Positions 56,302 through 63,526 of a stretch of DNA of 64,000 bases are shown piece after piece. The translations under genes and the position numbers were made by a program. The first letter of the stretch is position 1; each line of letters opens with the position of its first letter. This DNA is from a virus. The notes under the pieces are model-generated. The model was not told the DNA's origin. It made no database searches and saw only the letters and a program-made list of their open reading frames with translations. The stretch spans positions 1-64,000 of the IMG/VR virus record IMGVR_UViG_3300032235_000911. One strand, written 5' to 3'.

Positions 56302-57881
56302 TAAATAAACCTCTTCCCGTCCCAAAATTTATCGGGTTCATTCCAGACTGAACTTTTATCTCTATCGTAAACAGTCAATAATAACTCTTTATACGAATAA
56401 CCTTTAACTATTTTTATAGGTTTTGTGAAGATATGCCAATTTGCAAGCAGCGGATCGCTATTTTTAAAGAAAAATAGTCGAGGATCTGACGCCACAAAAC
56501 CAAAGTCTTTAAGTATTTGAGTTATATCTATCACGTGACGATCTATTTTAATAATCTCTGGCTTGTCTAGCTTATATGTATTTTTTATTGAGTAAATATC
56601 AATTACCTGTTTAGTTGGTTTATACTTTATCTCGTTTAAATCTATTACTTTCTTACAATTTCCATATATCTTCAAGCCATATCCACCGGGTACGCGCCTC
56701 GTGTAATCTGGTCCGATAAAATAATCGTCTGTTTCGATGTTCGAATCTACCGTTAGCGCCGCATACGGATTTAAATTTATCTGCAAGCCAACGCGCCCAA
56801 GACTTGAGATTTTTTTATTATCTAATCTAGTATCTATAAAATCACACAATAGAGGTATACCGTAGGTATTTAATATTTCTTTTATTTGTATAATATCTTT
56901 GGCTATATCTTCTCTGGCTTTTATATATTGTGCATTAAACTTTCTTGTGCTTTTTATACCCTTTGGATAATCAATCGGCACATCTAATATTTTCATCTTT
57001 GGAAATGTTGATGGAGGACTTTGCGTTACTTTGACCTTTTGAAGTGGCTGTGCAGTAGGAAGATCAAGAACGGCAGGACGGTCAGATACTACCGCTAATC
57101 TAGGATCGCAGTCTGGATCTGTTGCTTCTATAGAAGGTGCAGAATCAAAGTCTACCGTGCCATTATTATTTGTTATGTACCGCCAGTCAGCATATGCATG
57201 ATTTCCATATAAAGTTCTCTTCGGTATCTCCTCTTGAGACTGGGTCGGTCGCTCAAATTTTTGAACAAATATCGTTGCTGCTTTTTTTATGCTTGTCAGA
57301 CTTTTCATCGGCACCAGCGTGTTTGTCTTATAATCAGTTTTTAATTCATGAATTAAAAAAGCAAGTTGCCCTTTTATTGTTCTATAATCTTCCCCGTTAT
57401 CGCTGCACCATTTTTTAAGATTAGTAAACCTACCTCCTCTTGTTTTAAATTGATCAATATGCGTACCTTCTTGCCACGGTTGATTATTTTTTAGTACTGG
57501 TGGTTTATCATTAAACAATATATGGATCAACCAAGCCCGTCTTTCTTCCGCGCTTGTCTGCTCTCCTTTCTGGATCTTTCTTTTATAAGTATCAGAGAGG
57601 GCTTTATTTGCTGGATCGTAATTTGTTTTTTCGATTGGATCAATCCACTGTGCTAAACCATAAGCACCTGTGCCGTTAGCTTTGTCGATATAAGAATAAT
57701 GTGCAGACTCAAGGCGCAGATTGCCAACAATGCCAGCCGCTGCCTGCGGGGTACAGCCAAGCTGTTTAATAAATAAATCTATCATGTATACTTCTAAAGC
57801 TCTATTGTCTACCGATAGACTATCTCCGCTTCTCTTTTTATCTTTAAGTTTTGTCTTTATTTCATCTGTGTTCATGCTCAT
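56301..57881 (-). CDS. Phage tail lysozyme (Phage_lysozyme2-like) fused to a degenerate M15-peptidase-like domain
   Basis: QAAAGIVGNLRLES, AYGLAQW, QLAFLIHEL and FVQKFERP motifs; the C-terminal domain has an M15-like layout. Confidence 0.8.
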   Translation of the reverse strand: MSMNTDEIKTKLKDKKRSGDSLSVDNRALEVYMIDLFIKQLGCTPQAAAGIVGNLRLESAHYSYIDKANGTGAYGLAQWIDPIEKTNYDPANKALSDTYKRKIQKGEQTSAEERRAWLIHILFNDKPPVLKNNQPWQEGTHIDQFKTRGGRFTNLKKWCSDNGEDYRTIKGQLAFLIHELKTDYKTNTLVPMKSLTSIKKAATIFVQKFERPTQSQEEIPKRTLYGNHAYADWRYITNNNGTVDFDSAPSIEATDPDCDPRLAVVSDRPAVLDLPTAQPLQKVKVTQSPPSTFPKMKILDVPIDYPKGIKSTRKFNAQYIKAREDIAKDIIQIKEILNTYGIPLLCDFIDTRLDNKKISSLGRVGLQINLNPYAALTVDSNIETDDYFIGPDYTRRVPGGYGLKIYGNCKKVIDLNEIKYKPTKQVIDIYSIKNTYKLDKPEIIKIDRHVIDITQILKDFGFVASDPRLFFFKNSDPLLANWHIFTKPIKIVKGYSYKELLLTVYDRDKSSVWNEPDKFWDGKRFI

Positions 57882-59371
57882 ACACCCATTGTATTTATGG
57901 TATTAAAGACTAGCATTGCCCATTCATCCGCCAGTTTACCGTATCTATGCAAACCATCTATGCCTCTTGAGCGCTTATCCTGTGTCTGTAAATTTTGGCT
58001 ACTAAATGCTACTATTTTTTTTATATCTGCTTTATCTTTAGCGATCTCTACAAGATTATCTGTTTGAGCGGCTGATATTTTTCGTAAAAAATCATCATAA
58101 GCTGCGTATCTTGTATCTATCGCACTTTTTTCTTTATTTGCATCGTGGCCAACCCATGCTTTTCCTAACTTTGGAGGTGAAACTAGAAAAAAATTTACGC
58201 TATTTGTTTTTGCAACTATCTTTTTTAGATTATCTATATGCTTCTGAACGCTTAAACCAATGTCGTTTGAACCATGGCCTATTATAGCCAAATCAAATGG
58301 ACCATGATATAACAGTTCGGCACTCAGATCAAATCCCTTTGGTCCAAGTTTATTATTTTTAATCGCACCATTCCAGACAGTATTTTTTGCATATGCATTT
58401 GTTCCAAGCCCGCCAACTGATAAATTTAGTACGGCAGCACCTTGTGCATTAAACAAACTGATAAGTTTTTGACCGAATTGACCTACCATATGTGAATCAC
58501 CTAGTAAGAGTATTTTTTTACCAGCATACTTTCCACTACTTGTATCTTTTGGACTCCTCAATACAGCAGGTGGTTCTCCATGAAAATTACCTTGCCTTGT
58601 CGTCTTCGAATCTCCCGCGCCACCTGATGGTGCATCCGATCCGCCGCCAGAGATGTCGGCTCCACCGGTTACGCTTTTCTTGACGCAGTCTGGTTTTTTT
58701 ACATTTTCTGAAGGTGCTCCTTGTGGTTGCGCTGTTGGGATTTCTGTCGGTGTAGCTTGTTTTTGTAGACTCACGCCGCTGTTTTTATCTCCCTCATCTC
58801 CCTTGGATCCCACACCAGTCGGTAGCACCACTCTTTTGTTGCTAAATAAACCTATATATTTATTATCAAATGGATTAGCGAGTTCGGTTGTAAAATAATT
58901 TGGTGGAACTTTAACTCTTATAATATTTCCTGGCGCTGGGTGTTCTGACTCCATCAAGGTTCTAGATTGCGGATAAAATATTTTATGATTAAGATATGCT
59001 CTCTTCGAAGTTACATCTTGACCTAATAAATCTTCATAGTGTTGAACGTTGGAAATATCTTTTGTTGGGACTTCCGCTATAACATACGGTACGCCATTTG
59101 GCGTTTTCTTAACTTGCAACGCTATGCCAAGATATTCATCTTTCTCGAGTGTTGCAGAAGAGTGCTTATTTTGCATATCTTGCGATATAAGCGAACGATA
59201 TGAAGTATTTACTGCGCTGCCTGCCGTTGCTTTTGTTATATCAAATATCTTTGCATTTACTCTAGATAATATTGCAGATACTTGGAGATAGGTTTTACCT
59301 GAGCCGTTAAAAAGCTGCTCAATGAGGTCATCGCCAAGTAAATTTTTAGATAGCTGTTCGTTTGCTGCCAT
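57878..59371 (-). CDS. Baseplate-region protein with a C-terminal SGNH/GDSL esterase
   Basis: SGNH blocks ILLLGDSH (Ser), SVGG, GHGSND and DGLH are all intact, preceded by a P/G/S/Q linker and an N-terminal domain (PAPGNIIRV). Confidence 0.8.
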   Translation of the reverse strand: MAANEQLSKNLLGDDLIEQLFNGSGKTYLQVSAILSRVNAKIFDITKATAGSAVNTSYRSLISQDMQNKHSSATLEKDEYLGIALQVKKTPNGVPYVIAEVPTKDISNVQHYEDLLGQDVTSKRAYLNHKIFYPQSRTLMESEHPAPGNIIRVKVPPNYFTTELANPFDNKYIGLFSNKRVVLPTGVGSKGDEGDKNSGVSLQKQATPTEIPTAQPQGAPSENVKKPDCVKKSVTGGADISGGGSDAPSGGAGDSKTTRQGNFHGEPPAVLRSPKDTSSGKYAGKKILLLGDSHMVGQFGQKLISLFNAQGAAVLNLSVGGLGTNAYAKNTVWNGAIKNNKLGPKGFDLSAELLYHGPFDLAIIGHGSNDIGLSVQKHIDNLKKIVAKTNSVNFFLVSPPKLGKAWVGHDANKEKSAIDTRYAAYDDFLRKISAAQTDNLVEIAKDKADIKKIVAFSSQNLQTQDKRSRGIDGLHRYGKLADEWAMLVFNTINTMGV

Positions 59372-59372
59372 A

Positions 59373-59681
59373 TTATTTCTCTTTTATCATATCAAAGAGA
59401 TTTGATTTTTCCATCTCTGACATTCCACGATCAGTGCTGCCTTCATTTTTTTGAATGATGCCGGCTATCTTAACAAGCTGCTCGTTGCTACGCTGGAGTG
59501 TTTCAAGATACTGTGATGCGATATGTCCGCTTGCAGCGTGAGCGGCATCGCCTGTTTTTTTCATATAAACAACAAGATCGGCCAACAGCATTTCTGCAGT
59601 TGACCGATCATCTTCTATGTTCTTGATGCTTGATTCTATTATATCATTCAGGCTGCGCTTGGTCTTGGACATTTTCTTCAT
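59373..59681 (-). CDS. Small helical hypothetical protein (possible terminase small subunit)
   Basis: 102 aa, two long amphipathic helices, YLETLQRSNEQLVKIA. Confidence 0.65.
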   Translation of the reverse strand: MKKMSKTKRSLNDIIESSIKNIEDDRSTAEMLLADLVVYMKKTGDAAHAASGHIASQYLETLQRSNEQLVKIAGIIQKNEGSTDRGMSEMEKSNLFDMIKEK

Positions 59682-60720
59682 CCTTTAAGTGGGTCACGGA
59701 CCCACGATTCCATTTATTGATGAAGTAATTATACCTTGTTTTAAATTTTTTCAGTCCAGATACGATTTGCTTAGTTGTTAATCCAGTTAATTCCCGCAAA
59801 TATAAATAAACAGCCTTTTTATTAAAGATTTGTATGTCATCTTGGTTTTTTAATATTATTTTAATAGCCTCATAGACCTTGCGTTCGTTACCTTTTAGAG
59901 AAAGTTGGTCCCATTCATCCATTTCTTGCCATAAAGCTTTCCAAAATTCTTCTTTTTCACGTTCTTCATCGTAGCCGTTTGTTGTAAATAGATGCTCTTC
60001 TTCAAATTCCTGGGTAATGTCGTCAAGGCTTACCTCTCGTCCGCTGCTGTGTTTCTTAACCTTGTGAATGAACCAGTTTTTTGTGATAACAGAGAAATAG
60101 GAGAATGCCTTGCTGCCCTTACTTGTATCAAACTTATCAAGAATCGTTGTAAGCCAGGTCTTGCATTCGTCTTTTAAATCTTCTATGTTGGGTAGACTTG
60201 TGAACTTATAGGTGTAAACAATCTTATCAACCATTTCATTGAATGCTGGCTGGATAAGTGTTATATAAAGTATGCTTTTTTCATTACGATCCGTGCTGCT
60301 TGCATACTTTACGATTGCTTCTTCGTGCAGTTTGGTGAAATATTGATTCTTTTTTACCTCTTCTTTAGCCGGTAGGGACGACTCTACGATAACGACCGGC
60401 TTCTTGGGAGACTTTTTGACCTTCGGGGAGGCGAATGACGCCTTTGGTGGACGCCCCCTGCGCTTCATCAACGTAACCTTCGGTTTCGCCGTCTTCTTCA
60501 CTATCTTCTTCGCTGTCCGCGTAGCCTTCAAACTGGGCTTTGATTTTACTTTGGACTTGGGCTTTGCCTTGGTAGATACTGTTCGCTTCAAGGCCCGTTT
60601 CGTCTTGGGTTTGGCCTTGACTGCCTTCTTCTTGGATGGTGACGCCTTTCGCAAACTCTTGCGCGGCTTCGATAACGAAATTTGTTTCTTGGATCGCCCT
60701 TTTGATGCTTTCTTCGCCAT
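59644..60720 (-). CDS. Late-transcription sigma factor (T4 gp55-like) with a histone-H1-like/AT-hook N-terminal extension
   Basis: Sigma region-2-like EDLKDECKTWLTTILDKFDTSKGSKAFSYFSVITKNWF; C-terminal HTH LRELTGLTTKQI. N-terminal 110 aa are K/A/P/S-rich with KRRGRPPK and SPKK. Alternative start at ATG 60468. Confidence 0.8.
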   Translation of the reverse strand: MAKKASKGRSKKQISLSKPRKSLRKASPSKKKAVKAKPKTKRALKRTVSTKAKPKSKVKSKPSLKATRTAKKIVKKTAKPKVTLMKRRGRPPKASFASPKVKKSPKKPVVIVESSLPAKEEVKKNQYFTKLHEEAIVKYASSTDRNEKSILYITLIQPAFNEMVDKIVYTYKFTSLPNIEDLKDECKTWLTTILDKFDTSKGSKAFSYFSVITKNWFIHKVKKHSSGREVSLDDITQEFEEEHLFTTNGYDEEREKEEFWKALWQEMDEWDQLSLKGNERKVYEAIKIILKNQDDIQIFNKKAVYLYLRELTGLTTKQIVSGLKKFKTRYNYFINKWNRGSVTHLKDEENVQDQAQPE

Positions 60721-60892
60721 GAAATTCTTCCAATGTATATAAATTTTTGAGTGATTCGCTATACTCTTCTAACATTATAGCGAATTCCTTACGAACTTCA
60801 GCATCATACCAGAAACGCAGAAGTAGTTTACGAATATACCATATAAATAGGATATTTACAGAGAAAGATAAGACTAACAGTAAATAAATCAT
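60365..60892 (-). CDS. Single-TM membrane protein with an acidic tail overlapping the sigma gene
   Basis: N-terminal TM helix MIYLLLVLSFSVNILFIWYI, helical core, E/D/G/Q-rich tail; ATGA overlap with the upstream gene. Confidence 0.7.
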   Translation of the reverse strand: MIYLLLVLSFSVNILFIWYIRKLLLRFWYDAEVRKEFAIMLEEYSESLKNLYTLEEFHGEESIKRAIQETNFVIEAAQEFAKGVTIQEEGSQGQTQDETGLEANSIYQGKAQVQSKIKAQFEGYADSEEDSEEDGETEGYVDEAQGASTKGVIRLPEGQKVSQEAGRYRRVVPTG

Positions 60893-61140
60893 GGGGTATA
60901 GTCCTTTCGACTACTTTGCTTGTCCGCTTCCAATACTTCGCGGCTTTCTTCTATGAACTTTTCTACCCTTTGACCAGCAGAAGTTTCTTTTTTAGTATCT
61001 TCTCGCCAGTTGAGAGTAGGAATAACCTTTGAAACTTCAATGGATTGGCAGCGTGGGCATGGACCGCCCGCTTCCTCTGCGCCATGAAAGGTCTTGTACG
61101 AGCCTTTGCATGGCTTACAGTAATACTCATAGAAAGGCAC
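60889..61140 (-). CDS. FmdB-family zinc-ribbon protein
   Basis: MPFYEYYCKPC...CPRCQS.EVSKVI; GTG start with RBS GGAG. Confidence 0.8.
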   Translation of the reverse strand: MPFYEYYCKPCKGSYKTFHGAEEAGGPCPRCQSIEVSKVIPTLNWREDTKKETSAGQRVEKFIEESREVLEADKQSSRKDYTP

Positions 61141-61143
61141 CGG

Positions 61144-61326
61144 TTACTCCGTTACAAACTTTGGTGGCTGCATTGCGATACTGGTTGGTGGATTTGCGAC
61201 ATAGAGATCGTCGCCTTCAACCTTGAAGTCAAATCCCTTGAGGGTTGGTACAATATCGCTCTGTTCCATAAGTGACTTCTGGAGTGCGATCATAATCGCA
61301 CTAAGTGCCTGATTGCTCAATGTCAT
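61144..61326 (-). CDS. Small hypothetical protein
   Basis: 60 aa, [28 protein letters not shown]. Confidence 0.7.
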   Translation of the reverse strand: MTLSNQALSAIMIALQKSLMEQSDIVPTLKGFDFKVEGDDLYVANPPTSIAMQPPKFVTE

Positions 61327-61876
61327 TTGTTTTATCCTTTTTGTATAGTTGTAAAATTTCTTCTGCCCATTCTATTAAATCTTCTACTCTTTGGCCTTTT
61401 GGTTGCTTTGTAGACCATAATTCTAAATTTTCTATTCTGTTATCACTTCTAACACCGTTGATATGATGTACATTTTCATGTGGTAAAAGATATCTTCCAA
61501 TCTTTTTTTCCATAACGAGCCTGTGTTCAGCAACATAACCTTTTTTTTGCTTATATGGATGGTCGTCGACACCGATTAAAATATACCCAGCATGAGTCAT
61601 GTATGCATGCTTTGGGTTCCTCCTCCTCTTACGACAATTTAAACGTCCAGAGCAGGAGTAGCATCTTGTCGACGCTCTTGCTATCTTTTTTCCACACCCT
61701 CCTGCGCAGTCTTTATCTTTTATTCTTGCCGTTTTAACTTTTTGTTCTGCTGGTTTACTTTTTCTTTTACCAGAGCAGTATACACATATTTTTGATTTTC
61801 TTACTATTTTTCTTCCACATCCATCTTCGCAATCTTTATCTTTTTTATTCGCGAATCTTGGCAACTTTCGTTTCAT
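61301..61876 (-). mobile_element. Free-standing HNH homing endonuclease (start revised to ATG 61876)
   Basis: EHRLVME...[24 protein letters not shown] motif; two N-terminal DKDCxxGCG...CxxCSG repeats; RBS AAGGAG. Confidence 0.85.
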
Positions 61877-61894
61877 TTTGTTATCTCCTTTAAT

Positions 61895-61901
61895 TAAATA
61901 G
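61895..61901 (-). promoter_or_regulatory. Putative phage late promoter motif CTATTTA for the HNH gene
   Basis: TTTCTATTTAATTAAAGGAG upstream of ATG 61876. Confidence 0.55.
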
Positions 61902-61933
61902 AAAGAGCATAACAAAAAGACTCATTATTTTCA

Positions 61934-61969
61934 CTAAATTGCTGATAGTGCTTGGTCTGATAGTGTCAT
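61934..61969 (-). pseudogene. 11-codon stub MTLSDQALSAI*, a duplicate of the N-terminus of the 61144-61326 gene
   Basis: ATG ACA CTA TCA GAC CAA GCA CTA TCA GCA ATT TAG with strong RBS AAGGAG; 10/11 aa identical to [11 protein letters not shown]. Confidence 0.8.
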
Positions 61970-61970
61970 T

Positions 61971-62525
61971 TTATTCTCCTTTTTTACATACTATTTTTAG
62001 TATTGCATTTTTTGCTGGGTATGGGTTTCTGTCATCATTGATTCTTGAAATATCACAAAAGCCATTTTTCTCTAAAAGATCTTTTAAGCTACTAAAGTTA
62101 AATCCATTTACGTGTCCCATACCTTTAACTTTGTACTCACTTTGGTTATGAAAACCGCCAAAAACATAAGACATTGCATTTTTCCAAGGATCATCTGTAG
62201 GGTTTAACCAGCCTACATTTGCATGTTGCAACCAATCTCCTTTAATAATTCTCTCTGCAACCCATTGAATATCGGGTACTGTAATTTCTAATACTGCATT
62301 TTTTTTTAAAATGCGCTTGACCTCAGTTAAAACACGATCGAGGTCAAATATATAAATATGTTCTAAGACATCCCCCATATAAGCTTTACTAAAGGTTTCA
62401 CTAACAAAAGGGTAAGGAGTTTCTAATAAATCGTGAACGCAATTCACTCCTTCCCAAGAATTAATATCCATTCTGATATCAGCATCAGATTTTGGAGAAG
62501 GCCCAGAGCCTATATCAATTATCAT
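61971..62525 (-). CDS. Class I SAM-dependent methyltransferase (type 11-like)
   Basis: IDIGSG motif I, RMDI, DVLEHI and EVKRILKKNAVLEITVP. Confidence 0.85.
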   Translation of the reverse strand: MIIDIGSGPSPKSDADIRMDINSWEGVNCVHDLLETPYPFVSETFSKAYMGDVLEHIYIFDLDRVLTEVKRILKKNAVLEITVPDIQWVAERIIKGDWLQHANVGWLNPTDDPWKNAMSYVFGGFHNQSEYKVKGMGHVNGFNFSSLKDLLEKNGFCDISRINDDRNPYPAKNAILKIVCKKGE

Positions 62526-62571
62526 TTATTTTCATCCTTTAATTGCTGAATTGTCATAAAATCATTTTTGC

Positions 62572-63525
62572 TTAACATATTAACTCCAATATTTTTTCAA
62601 CAGCAAAGCTTGTAGTATAATAATTTAACACAAACTGTTTGGCCTTTTCAACTTTATCTTCGTCTCTGTCAAAGTGATATATTAGTTTCATTAATTCTTG
62701 TCTTGTTGTATAAGTTTGCCCATAATTTTTCATTTCTTTTGCGCCAGCAATCTCTCTAGAAATCCAGGGAGTCTTATTTAAGACTGCTTCTAATAGAACA
62801 AGACCAAAGCCTTCATGAGTAGAATTCATTATATATAAATCAGCTTCAAAAATAGCATTTAATACCTCTTGACGATCTTCTAATAAAATTGAACGAATTT
62901 TATTTGTATTTTTTGGCATCAAATCAGAATTTTGATATCCCGTTAAAACAAGCGTTGTATCCTTAATAGGTACTCGTAAATATAGTTCACATAATTCTTC
63001 CATACCTTTATGTGGCCAAAAACCACCAGAGCTAAGAAACATTTTAGGAGTATTAATACCGTATTTTTTTTTAAATCCAGATACTCCTACCGATATTTTT
63101 GGATTTATAGATATTGGTATATGTTTAGCTTTATTATATACATTATATTTTTCAACATGTTTCCAGTCTGCTTCAGTACAACATCCAATATATTTAACAT
63201 CATGTAGAGCTTTAATGCAGACATCTGAATCAGAAGGTAGAATTATTAAATATAATATTGGACTTTTTATATTTTTAGCATTTGACAGAACAAAATTTTG
63301 AATAGCTACATCGCCACCATGAACTACGATTAAATCAAAAGATTCTTTTAAAATTGACACATCTGAGGTAACTTTTACACTATTTAAGTTACCATTATGT
63401 AAGCCAGTAAAAACAGTTACATCGTTGCCTTGCGCTACTGTTTCTTCTGCTAAATCTCTAATATGATTTTCGCTACCGCCAGGATAAGGTGCATATCGAT
63501 GCACAACATATAATATTTTCTTCAT
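62572..63525 (-). CDS. Glycosyltransferase, GT-B fold (GT4-like)
   Basis: YAPYPGGSE, GFWPHKG and EGFGLVLLEA (EX7E). Confidence 0.88.
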   Translation of the reverse strand: MKKILYVVHRYAPYPGGSENHIRDLAEETVAQGNDVTVFTGLHNGNLNSVKVTSDVSILKESFDLIVVHGGDVAIQNFVLSNAKNIKSPILYLIILPSDSDVCIKALHDVKYIGCCTEADWKHVEKYNVYNKAKHIPISINPKISVGVSGFKKKYGINTPKMFLSSGGFWPHKGMEELCELYLRVPIKDTTLVLTGYQNSDLMPKNTNKIRSILLEDRQEVLNAIFEADLYIMNSTHEGFGLVLLEAVLNKTPWISREIAGAKEMKNYGQTYTTRQELMKLIYHFDRDEDKVEKAKQFVLNYYTTSFAVEKILELIC

Positions 63526-63526
63526 A

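Noticed and set aside
61294-61936. Group I intron carrying the HNH and splicing the stub to the 60-aa gene
   Set aside because: Under 60 nt of non-coding sequence flank the HNH ORF, too little for a ribozyme core, and the downstream gene has its own RBS and complete N-terminus.
62522-62557. Mini-ORF MTIQQLKDENK* between the glycosyltransferase and methyltransferase
   Set aside because: Too short, no clear SD and no similarity to anything in the window; may be a remnant but is unsupported.
198-63207. All plus-strand ORFs in the track (e.g. 13301-13852, 26419-26961, 54375-54848, 60404-60742)
   Set aside because: They lie antisense to well-supported minus-strand genes, lack recognisable motifs, and are expected shadows of codon bias.
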